Made by a program: the position numbers and the translations under genes. Below are positions 1 to 13,940 of a stretch of DNA of 64,000 nt, in pieces. How positions within the stretch are numbered: position 1 is the first letter of the stretch; every line of letters starts with the position of its first letter. Origin of the DNA: Octopus vulgaris. Lineage: Eukaryota. Where the stretch lies: positions 208,568,001 through 208,632,000 of the forward strand of contig OX597814.1 in NCBI GenBank assembly GCA_951406725.2, in the 5' to 3' direction. The notes beneath the pieces were generated by a model that was not told where the DNA came from, searched no databases, and saw nothing but the letters and a program-made list of their open reading frames with translations.

Positions 1-268
1 TGTTGTTTGAAACGATCGTAACCAGAATAAACTTGTGTCGTTGCATTATCTTCATTGTTTTTAGTCTGACTGCTGTTAAACTCTGTAATTAATGCACCAA
101 CCCCTTGATTGGTGAATGAACTCGAAATTACGGGTTTTATAGATCGCTCTAAAGATTTAACTTGCGCGGAGTCCCATCTTCCTCACTTGACATTTTATTA
201 GCCAGGCTAGGTATTCGCTTGGATTTAATCAATCCTCACTATGTGTGCGTATGTATGTGTGTACGCAA

Positions 269-313
<45 letters not shown>

Positions 314-452
314 TTCTCCAATAGCTTCCCTCACAACTTCATGCGGCTTCACAGCACTGAGGATGTGGTAGAGTGATACTGTTGGAATGTGCCAAAATCG
401 TGATGATTCTCAGTTGATAGCTTCAAAGGAAGATTTCCCGCTGCAGAACGTA

Positions 453-546
<94 letters not shown>
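453..546. repeat. Compound microsatellite (GAT)n(AAT)n
   Basis: Directly visible; source of the poly-D/poly-N and poly-H/poly-Y ORFs. Confidence 0.95.
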
Positions 547-547
<1 letters not shown>

Positions 548-1123
548 TAACCACCGCTACAACAACAAATAAGTAACCTAGAATATTTTATTAACCTTGA
601 ACTCTTAATCAGTTCATCTTCAAATATGTTTTTCCACAATGCATTTCTTGTTTTGAGAAAAGAATCTCTCGACGTATTTCTCAAACCGTCAATAATAAAA
701 ACATAAATAAATTCACCACCAACAATAAATACGGCAATAATGAAAATAATGTTATATTGTTTCTGGTTGTTCAACCCGTGCCAAAACTGTCTATATAAAC
801 AGACGTAACTGAGTTGGCGGTTTTGTACACTGGAAACAAAGCCAAAATTATGGAAATCGTTTATGAAAGAGATGGCATAAATACGTGCTTCAAAAAGACC
901 ATGTTCTCTGATATGACGGTTTCTACAGGCGGATATATGTGAGTCAATTGTCCAGATATTATTGTCAGAGACCACCAGGAAAATAAAGCTTCCTAATTTC
1001 AATGGCTGACAATGTATCGCCGAAAGAAATGAATAAAATATTCAAATGTAAAGACTCGGAAACAGAGATATCCACATTCTAAGAATTGTATAACAGAATC
1101 AACCTCATAGTAATAAGTGCCTT

Positions 1124-1304
1124 TGAAGTGGCTGTGTGGTTAGTAGCTTGCTTACCAGCCACATGGTTCCGGGTTCAGTCCCACTGCGTGGCACCTTGGG
1201 CAAGTGTCTTCTACTATAGCCTCGGGCCGACCAAATCCTTGTGAGTGGATTTGGTAGACGGAAACTAAAAGAAGCCCGGCGTATATATGCATATATATAT
1301 ATGT

Positions 1305-1355
<51 letters not shown>

Positions 1356-1529
1356 TCCCCCTAGCATTGCTTGACAACCGATGCTGGTGTGTTTACGTCC
1401 CTGTAACCCTAGCGGTTCGGCAAGAGATACCGATAGAATAAGTACTAGGCTTACAAAGAATAAGTCCCGGGGTCGATTTGCTCGACTAAAGGCGGTGCTC
1501 CTGAAACAAGTAAAAGAGTAAAGAGTAAA
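1124..1529 (+). mobile_element. tRNA-derived SINE family A (about 410 bp, internal (TA)n(TG)n; possibly the octopus OK family)
   Basis: A box TGGCTGTGTGG, B box GGTTCAGTCCC, core-like CCTTGGGCAAG, 3' tail (GTAAAAGA)n; more than 10 related copies in the window. Confidence 0.9.
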
Positions 1530-2389
1530 ATTGAGTGTAGGTATGATTGGCTTTTACAATTAAATGCTTCTAAGATCGATCACACGACGCAGCACCCATG
1601 GACAGTGTCGCTCATGTTGAGTAATATCTTGTGAGTAAGAATATGGTAGTCAGAACCTGCTTCAATCACACTGAACGCATCTACTATACACAGGTAGCTG
1701 CAGATACCATTATAACTTCATCCTGAAGATAAAACTAGAAACGTTGATGCTGGATTTGGGAAATTTTCTCTTAAACTGCTACGAACCCATACATAAATAT
1801 AATACACACACTCGCGTCCGAGCAGACACACATACACGCACGCTCGCAATGTATATGCATGTGAGTGGATGGATGTGTGTGCCAGCATCAGTATTTATAC
1901 ATATGTTTGTATCCTTTTCTAATGTGTGTAGGCAATGAAAGTAAGTATAGGCCAGAAAACACATTAAAAAGTCATCAGGATTTTTCGAGAAGTCCTTTGG
2001 GATATTCATTCCATACTAAGTTGCAGATGCTCCTTTGTTATTATCACTGTTGTAAACATAGTGAATAATTAATTGACCCATTGTAAACCCATAACCAACG
2101 ATGCTAAAGCCAATAAATTGCCATACAAAGCAAATAAAAATTACATAAATACACACACACACAACCCAAACCTCACGATTTATACATAAGCATAACATTT
2201 AGAAATAGCATAATCAGGCAGTTCGCATATATCATAGAGGCTACTGGAATACGATACTTAAATACAATAAAAGGAGATCACAAACAAAAGAAAGAGACAC
2301 TGCACACACACAACGCTTCTCTCAATTGCGCTGTGAAATTACAATATAAGATTTCTGAAATTACAATTATGATAATGATTTCTTATGTA

Positions 2390-2690
2390 TACAAGTTACA
2401 CAGTTCACGAGAAAGATAAAGCCGATTAGATCGCTTACAATACTTGACCGTTACTTATATTATTGACCCAGGGAGGATGAAACATAAAGTCGACTTTGGT
2501 AGGATTTGAACACTGAAATTAAAGGTGCTTTACAAATTACTACTTGGCATTATGTCAAACGCTTTGCAGATCCAGCTTTTATCTTTCATTCGACTTCGGC
2601 GGAATTTGAACCCAGAACAGAAAAAAGAGAGTGTAAAAAAATGCTGCTAAGCATTCTGTCCGACTCGCTAACGAATCTACTAGCGCGCTA
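2390..2690 (-). mobile_element. Old diverged SINE family B remnants (two partial bodies)
   Basis: Degenerate matches to family B, e.g. GGATGAAACATAAAGTCGACTTTGGTAGGATTTGAAC and CGACTTCGGCGGAATTTGAACCCAGAAC. Confidence 0.65.
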
Positions 2691-3439
2691 CATTAGTTTG
2701 GTGATTAATGTACGAAGAAACTTATGTAACAGGCGATAGAGTTCGTTATTAAATTGGTTACATACAGCATCATATTTCGAGATTAAAATAATTATCATAA
2801 CTTCTAAGTAGATGTTTCTATTATAGTGATTCTTGACAGATTATTCTGTATCACCGCTCCCTTACCAGTTCACTATCCCAGCTTCCACTTATATATGATA
2901 AGAAAGCTGTATTAGAACACAATTTTCTACATAACATTACAACAGCCAAATATTAATGTAACATTAATATTCTTAAAACCAACTAATGTTAATAATGACG
3001 AATTTTCTGCCGTAAAAGCAATTACCCTCCTGAGATCCATGAATTTTATCGTGGAATCTTGAAATTTCCCCTCTAGGTAAATTTTCCAAGGTTAACAACT
3101 GTAGTCGTAGAAACAAGGATGGAAATATGTTCTTCGACAAAATGAATTAATACATTTGTTAAATGATGTGTCACATAATATTCCTAGTTTCTAAAGTTGA
3201 TAAATCAATTTGCCTTAATTGTCCACTTAAACAATACTTGATTACATGTAAATTCAGTGTGTTACAAATACTGTCTTTTACATTTTTACAGTTTGCAATT
3301 TCTCTTTTATACACGAACTCACGTACACCAACATGATCTCTCTCTCCCCAACTCTCTCACATGTATGTATACGTATTCATGTATGTATACACACATACAC
3401 ACACACACATACATACGTTTAACCATATATATATATATT

Positions 3440-3639
3440 CTCTTTCTCTTTTACTTGTTTCAGTCATTTGACTGCAGCCATGCTGGAGCACCGCCTTTAA
3501 TCGAGCAACTCGACCCTGGGACTTATTCTTTTGTAAGCCCAGTACTTATTCTATCGGTCTCTTTTGCCGAACCGCTAAGTAACGGGGACATAAACACACC
3601 AGCATCGGTTGTCAAGCAATGCTAGGGGGACAAACACTC

Positions 3640-3682
<43 letters not shown>

Positions 3683-3767
3683 TACGACGGGCTTCTTTCA
3701 GTGGGACTGAACCCGGAACCATGTGGTTGGTAAGCAAGCTATTTACCACACATCCACTCCTGCGCCT

Positions 3768-3768
<1 letters not shown>
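3440..3768 (-). mobile_element. SINE family A, internally deleted
   Basis: Reverse complement of family A; deletion joins CTTTCAGT to GGGACTGAAC through CAGT microhomology. Confidence 0.9.
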
Positions 3769-3839
<71 letters not shown>

Positions 3840-3931
3840 CATAAATGGTAAGTGTGCATGTTTGTGGTATAAGACAGATATATATTTGTATTTGAGTGTT
3901 TGGTATGCACGTATGTATTTGTGGAGCTACT

Positions 3932-3969
<38 letters not shown>

Positions 3970-4614
3970 ACACACTGCCATATAATCTGATTTTACATGA
4001 CTTAACAATAACAAATTACTACATCATATTCTTTTGAAAGTCAGAGGTGAATGGTATTGAACCATTATTTCTCAGAGACGGATTTACTGCTAAAGTAAGG
4101 AAGACTTGTATTTCTCAGAAAATTGTCATCTAATGATGATAATTAGATAACAGCAACAACTAAAAGGAAACCGAAACGACCAAACCATTTTAGTTAACCA
4201 ATTCTAATATCCTTCAAATTTCAATTTCACATTAAATAAGACTAATTTTCCTCCACGTCAACATATTTGTATAATCTTGTTAAAAGAAAAAAAAGAGAAA
4301 AGTGCTATTGAAAATATTACCAAGACAAGCCGACATTAATTATTGCAAGTTCAAATAGTCTATCTGGCTACACTATCTGGCTTCACATACTATTTAGTCT
4401 TTCGTTATTGGCACAACCATTTGAAAAGACCAAACTTTTAATTATCTTTGCTTTGTAAACGTGGTGTAAGCTTAATTTAATACAATAATTAGGGTCCATT
4501 ATATGCATGTATTTATGCATGTATGTATGTGTGCGTGTCCGTATGTATGTGCATGTGCGTGTGTGTGTGTGTGTGTGTAAATATCTTTCAAAGGTTACGT
4601 ACAATTTGCTAGAA

Positions 4615-5000
4615 TGGAGGCGCAATGGCCCAGTGGTTAGGGCAGCGGACTCGCGGTCATAGGATCGCGGTTTCGATTCCCAGACCGGGCGTTGTGAGTG
4701 TTTATTGAGCGAAAACACCTAAAAGCTCCACGAAGCTCCGGCAGGGGATGGTGGTGATCCCTGCTGTACTCTTTCACCACAACTTTCTCTCACTCTTACT
4801 TCCTGTTTCTGCTGTACCTGTACTTCAAAGGGCCAGCCTCGTCACTCTCTGTGTCACGCTAAATATCCCCGAGAACTACATTAAGGGGTACACGTGTCTG
4901 TGGAGTGCTCAGCCACTTACACGTTAATTTCATGAGCAGGCTGTTCCGTTGATTCGGATCAACCGGAACCCTCGTCGTCGTAACCGACGGAGTGCTTCCA
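4615..5000 (+). mobile_element. tRNA-derived SINE family C, tail type 1 (about 390 bp; possibly octopus OR1)
   Basis: A box TGGCCCAGTGG, B box GGTTTCGATTCCC; TSD CAATTTGCTAGAA at 4602-4614 and 5001-5013. Confidence 0.92.
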
Positions 5001-5173
5001 CAATTTGCTAGAAGTTTCATCTGGAGACCAACATGGTTGAATCCAGGATCATTAAATAACCTTTGAAATATAAAATAACACATACTGAGTTCAGTTCCTA
5101 TATTTTTCTCGTTTTATTTTTTATATTTTTCGATTTCCAGATACCTTTAGCCATATCATCAAGGATATCTCAA

Positions 5174-5218
5174 CTACCACCACCACCACTACTGCTGCTG
5201 CTGCTACTACTACCGCTT

Positions 5219-5273
<55 letters not shown>

Positions 5274-5591
5274 CCTATTTCTTTACTACCCACAAGGGGC
5301 TAAACACAGAGAGGACAAACAAGGACAGACAAACGGATTAAGTCGATTATATCGACCCCAGTGCGTAACTGGTACTTATTTAATCGACCTCGAAAGGATG
5401 AAAGGCAAAGTCGAACTCGGCGGAATTTGAACTCAGAACGTAGCGACAGACGAAATACTGCTGAGCATTTCGCCCGGCGTGCTAACGATTCTGCCAGTTT
5501 GCCGCCTACAACTACTACTACCACCACCACCACCACCACCACCACCACCACCACTACTACTACTAGTGCTCTGCTGCTGCTGCTACTGCTG

Positions 5592-5640
<49 letters not shown>
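5174..5640. repeat. (CTA)n/(CCA)n/(CTG)n tract interrupted by a SINE B monomer
   Basis: Directly visible. Confidence 0.9.
5276..5506 (-). mobile_element. SINE family B monomer (about 231 bp: 47-bp head + 184-bp body)
   Basis: Minus strand runs GGCGGC..TGGCAGAATCGTTAG (A box), GAGTTCAAATTCC (B box), ending AAAGAAATA. Confidence 0.92.
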
Positions 5641-5703
5641 AAGTATATGTGTTTATACACACGTACATAGTGGTAAATAATAATAACAATATTAGAAGGA
5701 ATT

Positions 5704-5864
5704 TGTTGTACGCCCCTTCCCACGTGTCAGTCGTTGTAGGGAGGGTCAGAAGCAGTAGAGTCATTGTACGAGTTCTCAGTTGGAGTCAGCGTCAGTTATG
5801 TGATATATACGAGATCGAGCACGATAGACGAGTCAAAGATAAGACGCGGAATACCGCCACAACA
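5704..5864 (+). mobile_element. Possible short LTR remnant
   Basis: TGTTGT...ACAACA inverted termini, GC-richer than flanks, followed by PBS-like TGATAGTGCCGAC. Confidence 0.35.
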
Positions 5865-6294
5865 TGATAGTGCCGACAAGAATATTACAGTGCTGACAAT
5901 AACATACAAGTTGACGAGGATCTCACATAAAAAACATTAGTTTATTTATATACAAGTGCAGAAAGTATTCGAATTTCAAGCGAAATGAAGTGAAATGGCA
6001 TGAAATATAAAAAAAATAAATAATTATGTAAAATAAAGTAGAAATTTTTACGTTATCAGATTTAAGAATATTTCGTCTGGTGTTTGAGAATACCTTTTAC
6101 TTTGTATTATTGATTTCATTCCATTTCTTTTGATTTCGTTGGAAATTTGAAGATTTTCTTTACAATATCTGTATATAAATAAACTACAGAAAAGTTCCTT
6201 CATCTGACAAGCCTTATTATTATTACTACAAATATACTATTCTGTACACTATAAAAAATAATGTTTTATTCATACGCACACACACACACACACA

Positions 6295-6337
<43 letters not shown>

Positions 6338-7082
6338 ATACACACACACACATATATATATATAATATAATAAATGCGAAAACTAATTTCTGTGTGTCAG
6401 TGTCTCACACTTTGACCCCCCTCTCTGACTATTCAATGACACTTCTACTATTGCTCATGTTGGGGTGAGAGTAATAGTAGGCATAGAAACGGTAAGGGCG
6501 GTGGCGAAGACAGTCAGGCAGACAGAGAAAGAAAAATAGAGGAAAAGAAAGAGTGACAAAAAATTTAAGGAGAGTTGATAATGTTTTATTAAAAGTAGTA
6601 GTGTTGATGGTGGCAGTGGCAGTCATAATAAGAGAGAGAGAGAGAGGGGGGGGGAGAGAGAGACAGAAAGAGAGAGAAAGAGTGGGTGTGTGAGAGAAAG
6701 TGTGACTGAATACTGAACTAACATGCTGAACTGGCATACTGAATGAACACAAATATTTAGCCATTTTGTGATTGTAATGGGATGATAGTAATAGTATGAG
6801 CTGCAGTTGTGCTAGAGGCGGAGGCGGCGATGATGATGGTGGTGGTGCTGGTGGTAGCCGAGGTGGTTAGAGTGAGAGTAAGCAGTGTGAAAGACTATGG
6901 TGATGGTGATGGTGGTGGAGGGGAAGGCGGCGAAGTCAAAAGTATTGATGGTGGTGGCGTCAGAAATTTGAATGGTGTATGTATGGCAGATGTGGTTGCG
7001 ATGGTGATGGTACTTTGTTTATCATACAGCTTTGCATTAAGTTCCAAGTCGACAAATTATATAATTGTTTTGATGAAAATTG

Positions 7083-7120
<38 letters not shown>

Positions 7121-7199
7121 TAGATAGATAGATAGATACATACATACATACATACATAAGTGATATATCTGTTGTATTAAAACACGACTGTGTTCTAGT

Positions 7200-7332
<133 letters not shown>

Positions 7333-7346
7333 ACATATATATGTAT

Positions 7347-7470
7347 ATAAAGTTAATCCAAACAAGAAAACAAAAAACAACAACGCAAGGATGTGGAACA
7401 AATAAAGTATTATTGGACGCTCAGGAAAGAAGGGAAGAAGGAGGGTTTGACGTTTCGAGCGGAGCGCTTT
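7347..7470 (-). mobile_element. Penelope-like pLTR fragment inside a (TA)n tract
   Basis: Minus strand GCTCCGCTCGAAACGTC resembles the 3' half of a minimal hammerhead (stem II-GAAA-C-GUC); flanked by TA repeats. Confidence 0.45.
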
Positions 7471-7983
7471 ATATATATATATATTTTATCACGATTTTTC
7501 ATATTTCCGTATGAGTTTCTCATAATTCCCTTAAAATAGTAAATTCTCTAAATTCCTCATCAACATTTACTAACCTTCGTCGTTTCACGTAACAAAATAA
7601 AATACTGGAGTAATTTTGTTGCTTCTTTCTGGCAGGCAGGGCGTACATGATTGGTGTATATACTATTCGAATGTTTACCTTGGTTTTATATATCATCAGT
7701 CAGCAGTTTAGTTTTGAATACTATGTGCGTATTTCAGCGTTGTGTTGTAATATAAGGATATTGTTTCCACCATTACTCGTCTATTTTCGAGGAAGAACTC
7801 TGTAGATTATATATGTATTGTCCACTAATGTTTTTTCTAGCTGGCTTGCTTTGTATTGTGCATTGCAATTACTTTTCGTAAGTACATGGTGAACTGGCGA
7901 ATTTCTTATGAATTTTGGAGAAGCCCTTTCTGATGCACGCCAAAGAAGGCTCATGACATCAGGGATCATGTGGCACGACTATA

Positions 7984-8582
7984 TATTTCTTTATTGCCCA
8001 CAAGGGGCTACACATTAAGGGGACAAACAAGGACAGACGAAGGGATTAAATCGATTGCATCGACCCCAGTGCGAAACTGGTACTTTATTTATCGATCCCG
8101 AAAGGATGAAAGGCAAAGTCGACCTCGGCAGAATTTGAACTCAGAACGTAACGACAGACGAAATACCTATTTCTTTACTACCCACAAGGGACTAAACACA
8201 GAGGAGACAAACAAGGACAGACAGACGGATTGAGTCGATTATATCGACCCCAGTGTGTAACTGGTACTTAATTTATCGACCCCGAAAGGATGAAAGGCAA
8301 AGTCGACCTCGGCGGAATTTGAACTCAGAACGTAACGACAGACGAAATACCTATTTCTTTACTACCCACAAGGGGCTAAACACAGAGGAGACAACCAAGG
8401 ACAGACAGACGGATTAAGTCAATTACATCGACCTCAGTGTGTAACTGGTACTTATTTAATCGACCCTGAAAGGATAAAAGGCAAAGTCGACCTCGGCGGA
8501 ATTTGAACTTAGAACGTAACGGCAGTCGAAATACCGCTATGCATTTCGCCCGGCGCGCTAACGTGTCTGCCAGCTCGCCGCC
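7984..8582 (-). mobile_element. SINE family B array: one head + 3 x 184-bp bodies
   Basis: Units 7984-8167, 8168-8351, 8352-8535; head 8536-8582; 16-bp TSD ATGTGGCACGACTATA at 7968-7983 and 8584-8599. Confidence 0.95.
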
Positions 8583-9415
8583 AATGTGGCACGACTATAA
8601 GTTCAGGTATAGTTGAAAACTTGCAACTGTTGCACGTTTTTTATTTATACTCTGCAGGTGTAAAGAACCCTGCAGATGTAAGTGCAAAAACAAATATTCA
8701 AAACTTAACAGGAGTGTTGATATCTAAATATATGATCAACTGAAAAATATCACAAAAAATAGGAACACAACCACGGATATCAATTCATATTCACGAACAA
8801 TATCTTATCAGGTTCTTGACACGAGGGTAAATTCATGTTTCTTGCGCTAAACATAGCAGCAGGGCTGAATCTGTGTCCACGCCATCATGGCAGATTAACA
8901 CAAGAGGACAAAATGACATATTTTACTAAGTCCCTTGTGCAACAGAATGGTAACAATAATCTCTAAGAATTTTATTTCACCATTATCAGCATCATACTTT
9001 TCGTAAGATAAAGTTAAATTTTATTTCTGCTTTCGCTTCGATCGTTTGAAATCTTTTGTAAAGTTCTTCTGTAAAATTAGGGATTTATAGTAGATTCCAA
9101 GGTCTTTCAGTCTTTTTTGGATCAGGCAGTCCTTTCAGACAAACATAAACAGAAGAAAAATTCGTCACAATTCTCCTGTGGTCGAGTACCCCGTCGACAA
9201 TATTCGGTATAGATTCAGTCCGGATGTTGTTAGAAGAATAAATTTATTCATGTCGGGAAATTGGTGAGATAGTGTTCACATATTATGAACTAATATGCAT
9301 AACAGTGTTCCTATTTTTAGTATTAATTAGACCACATGCACGCGCACATAGACACACACTGATGAGGCTAGGATTTTGCTCCAATACTCAACGGATAAAA
9401 TTTCTTTAAACGCCA

Positions 9416-9545
9416 TCAACAGCAACAGTAGGAGCAGCAGCAGGAGCAGAAGCAGCTGCAACATAAGCAGCAATAGCAACAGCAGCAGCAACAGCAGCAG
9501 CATTAGCAACAGCAGCAGCAATAGCAACAGCAGCAGCAATAGCAT
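9416..9545. repeat. Imperfect (CAG/CAA)n microsatellite
   Basis: Directly visible. Confidence 0.9.
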
Positions 9546-9632
9546 TTCTTTGCTTTGCTTTGCTTCAAAATTGACCATTTTTTTTTCTACCTGAAGATTG
9601 ACTCTGCTTCTTCTATTCATATTTTATCCCTT

Positions 9633-10400
9633 CACCATCACCGCAACCACCACCACCACCATCACTACCACCACCACCACCACCACCACCACCAACACCA
9701 ACACCACCAACACCACCACCACCAACCACCATCACTACCACCATCACTACCACCACCAACCACCACCACCACCAACAACCACCAACACCACCAACACCAC
9801 TACCACCAACACCATCACCACCACCACCACCACCAACAACAACACCACCACCAACACCACCACCACCACCACCACCATCACTACCACCACCACCACCCAC
9901 CACCACCACCACCACCACCACCACCACCACCACCACCATCACTACCACCACCACCACCACCACCACCACCACCACCACCACCACCACCACCACCACCACC
10001 ACCACACTACCACCACCACCACCACCACCATCACTACCACCACCACCACCACCACCACCACCACCATCACCACCACCACCACCACCACCACACCATCATC
10101 ATCACCACCACCATCACTACCACCACCACCACCACCACCACCACCACCACCACTACCACCACCACCACCACCACCACCACCACCACCACTACCACCACCA
10201 CCACCATCACCATCACTACCACCACCACCACCACCACCATCACTACCACCACCACCACCACCACCACCACCACCACCACCACCACCACTACCACCACCAC
10301 CACCACCACCACCACCACTACCACCACCACCACCACCACCACCACCACCACCACCACCACCACCACCACCACCATCACTACCACCATCATCATCATCACC
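9633..10400. repeat. About 770-bp imperfect (CAC)n microsatellite
   Basis: Directly visible; explains the poly-H/P/T/G/V/W ORFs. Confidence 0.97.
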
Positions 10401-10583
10401 AATATTTTCTTCTTCTGATATTTCATGAAGCAATATTTATTTACATGCATTCACATATTGATCAGGCAGAAAAATAAATAACAAATAATGAGAACACTAA
10501 GCTGAAGGGAATTTTAAAACGCTTCGAGCAATTAGAATTCCTAAATTAGAATTCAGTGGACCTTCAGGTCTCCATCTAGTACC

Positions 10584-10814
10584 TATTTCTTTACTACCCA
10601 CAAGGAGCTAAACACAGAGGGGACAAACAAGGACAGACAGAGGGATTAAGTCGATTACATCGACCCCAGTGCGTAACTGGTACTTAATTTATCGACCCCG
10701 AAAGGATGAAAGGCAAAGTCGACCTCGGCGGAATTTGAACTCAGAACGTAACGGCAGACGAAATACGGTTACGCATTTCGCCCGACGTGCTAACGTTTCT
10801 GCCAGCTCGCCGCC
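10584..10814 (-). mobile_element. SINE family B monomer
   Basis: Full head and body; TSD CATCTAGTACC at 10573-10583 and 10822-10832. Confidence 0.93.
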
Positions 10815-10879
10815 TTGTCTTCATCTAGTACCGTCGCTATCAAGAGTTGCTGACGTTTTGTATTTGCAAGATTTTGGGA

Positions 10880-11070
10880 CAAATAGCTCCATTCTGCAGT
10901 AGAGGCAACTCAAGTTTTTCACCAAGTGAATGGCATCTCAGTGGAAGAAATAAAACGAGCTTATGAAAAGACGACTCCCTCCCTTGCAACAGAAATACAC
11001 AATCAATAGACCAAAAGCTTACATAGCTACGAAAGATTTGAACCAAATATCCACGATTCTCCAGCAGGCA
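10880..11070 (-). mobile_element. Possible decayed hAT (Charlie-like) transposase fragment
   Basis: GYLVQIF...LLQG....FHKLVLF weakly resembles the YL.DIF..LN..LQG....KL.L pattern. Confidence 0.25.
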
Positions 11071-13406
11071 TGACGCTGGCCGTGAATATAGGTAAACATA
11101 TGAATATTTAATAAGAGTTTGACTCAGATCCAATTGATTTGAATATTCGCTGGCAAGCAGGACACGTTCATCGTGTCACATATTAAGATAAGAGTGAGAA
11201 ATCTGAAACAAACAGAAGATAGCTTCCAGGTGTTAGGCTTTTATTGGTCAGCTCAGGTCACGTGATGCTAATTCTGTGAAAGCAACACCACCTATTTTCT
11301 TTATCTTTAGGTCCTCTCTCACTCTCTCCCTCACATACACACATACATATACACATACACACAGCGTATGTGTGTGTACGTGTGTCTACACATGTATGTA
11401 TATATGTATCTATGTAGGTAGGTATGTATGTATTCTATTGGCTTTCTTGAAAGCTATACTTTAAGCACCAACGACGGTAAAGACACTGGAGTCACCATCT
11501 ACGCTTGTGGCGATAAAAGACGATGATGATGATGGTAATGATGATAATGATGATGATGATGATGATGACAGCAGTGGTGGTGGTGATGACGGCTGGCACC
11601 GATTCTCTATGGTAGGATTTAAACCCAGTAACCACTGAAATCCAATAAAACTCATTGACTTCGTGTTTTTCTCATTGCCGTTATTTACAGTTATCGGCGC
11701 AATGTAAAAATGTCGACAAAATGTGAAACTGCTTTTGTTAGCAAGTTCTGCAACCCACTGAAATGTAGATGTAGCATCGAAGCCTTCGTCATTATTTAAA
11801 GCAGGTCAAATAGACTATTTATTTCTCTCTCTCTTCTGTATTCACGAAAGGAGTTGTACTCGGGACTGAATAATTTATAGCAATGTGAAAGTGTTTACTG
11901 TAGCACATTAACAGAATGCTGGTGATAATTGATACGATACAATCCACCAATTTAATGAAACCCTTCTTCATGAATTTTGTTCTATGTACGAGCATTGCTG
12001 ACATTGGAGTCATGTCGAAGGTCTGTAATCTCGTATAGGACGGATTTGGCTGTCAACCGAGTCCATCGAGAAGATAATCACGTCAACTTCTGGAATTAAG
12101 GCGACTGAGGACAGGGCTTTTCCTGTTCGTTCGGATCCTCATCAGCATTTGGAGGCGTCAATTAAAGGGTAGGATAGGGGTGGAAAAGAAAATGCTGACC
12201 GTAAGTATGCTAAGAGGATCATTTTGTGTAACTGGATTGCTCCACTCTCAATTTTTGTTGGTACTTAATAAGGGAAAATGCATTTACCGTAGTGTCGAAG
12301 CAGGATTGAAGATATGAAGGGTGTTCTCTTTAGCCTGAGGTGGCTGTCCCTTTTTTGTGACATACACATTATATATTTTTATAGACATTATATTTTCTGT
12401 ATTTTTTAATCAGAACTAACATGGGGATGAACAGCAACAATAACAGCATCCACGAGGAAACTACATTATGTGTAAAATCAATAATTAAAAAAAAAAATAC
12501 ATAACGGAACATAAGAATGGATGAATGAATCAATCAATCAATAAATACAGATATTAAATTGAGATTTACACTTTATGTAGATATGAAGTTTATCCATTTT
12601 CAGTGATAATCCAACAAAATAACTAAGCTGTCTGTTTCCCTAACTATTAGCAACAAGACCTTGAAGTCTATTCCGAGTTACCAAAAGATTATTTAAAACA
12701 GAATTCGATAAGTGGCAGCTTAATTAGAATTGATACTGGTGTGCAAAATATTAGAAGAAAAAAAGAGGAATGGAAAGAGAAAACTCGAAAGAGAGAAAGG
12801 GATAGGAAAAGCAAAAAGCAAAACTGATTTCATGTAATTTCATAAAAAAAACTCGAAGTTGATTGAATTAATTTTTGTAGATACGGTTTAAGCGACTAAC
12901 ATAAATTATTTTTGTTTATTCCACCTCCCCTCTTCACTCTCTTTCTCTTGTTTCATATTTCCCTGTCTCTCTTTCTCGTCTCTCTTTCTGTTTATATTTA
13001 CCACATACTATCCTTTTCTCCCATGCTATCTTTCTAGCGAGACGGCTCTATTTCCGACTGTTTTTATCTAGCTAGCTATCAACATCCTCAAATGGAAGTA
13101 CTGCTAACAAACACCAGTTTGTAAGCAACATTTCTATCCATATATACTGGTCTAGACAACTCAAAATCAACCGCCAAAAGTGATCGATTTTTCTTGTCTA
13201 TTATTACAAAAACAATGCTTACCGATCTTCCTTGGTCGTATTTTTACTATCAGTAATAGTATTGAATAGAATTCGTTTATATTGAGCAACTCCAGTAACC
13301 TTTAGTTAAATATATATATATATGACAGAAGTTAAGTAACCAAACCTGATTCGGTGGTTGTTGGTAATCCAGAAGACTAAAAGCACCTGCAGGTTGAATC
13401 TATATC

Positions 13407-13413
<7 letters not shown>

Positions 13414-13454
<41 letters not shown>

Positions 13455-13487
13455 GTCACACCACATTATATATATATAATATATATG

Positions 13488-13519
<32 letters not shown>

Positions 13520-13599
13520 TATAATATTATATATATATAATATATATATAATATAATATATATATATAATATATAATATATAATATATAATATATATAT

Positions 13600-13671
<72 letters not shown>

Positions 13672-13801
13672 TATCTATACAATATGTTACATTACTCGGT
13701 AGTCAAGATAACCGAGTAATGTAACATATTGTATAGATAAATTTCCTCTATTTACATAATATTGAGGTCTCTTTCTTTCTTTTGTTATCTTACCGTTTTA
13801 T

Positions 13802-13867
<66 letters not shown>

Positions 13868-13940
13868 ATATATATATATATGTATGTATATATGTATGTA
13901 TGTATGCATGTATATATATATATATATATATATATACTAA
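13414..13940. repeat. (TC)n/(TA)n tract containing a 29-bp-arm hairpin insert
   Basis: Directly visible; hairpin at 13672-13739. Confidence 0.9.

Noticed and set aside
453-546. Same (GAT)n(AAT)n compound repeat at 453 and 56792
   Set aside because: Flanks are unrelated; a one-base change plus slippage explains the convergence
349-1002. 217-aa minus-strand ORF and a possible plus-strand exon at about 802-937 (AG...GTGAGT)
   Set aside because: The ORF runs through an SSR with no recognisable domain; the candidate exon has a weak acceptor and no partner exons
4615-4690. tRNA gene reading of the SINE heads
   Set aside because: A and B boxes are present, but there is no closed cloverleaf and each head continues into a repeated SINE body with TSDs
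7620-7965. Possible decayed GIY-YIG/Penelope fragment on the minus strand
   Set aside because: Only vague motif resemblance
8640-8690. Possible 20-nt microexon (TTTATACTCTGCAG|...|GTAAGT) or Cys-rich transposase relic (CKEPCRCKCK)
   Set aside because: Not frame-preserving, no supporting exons, and the motif similarity is too weak to call
9555-10450. Long His/Pro/Thr/Gly-rich ORFs
   Set aside because: Open in nearly all frames because (CAC)n has no stop codons
11840-12350. Possible old LINE fragments on the minus strand
   Set aside because: Too degenerate to assign from motifs
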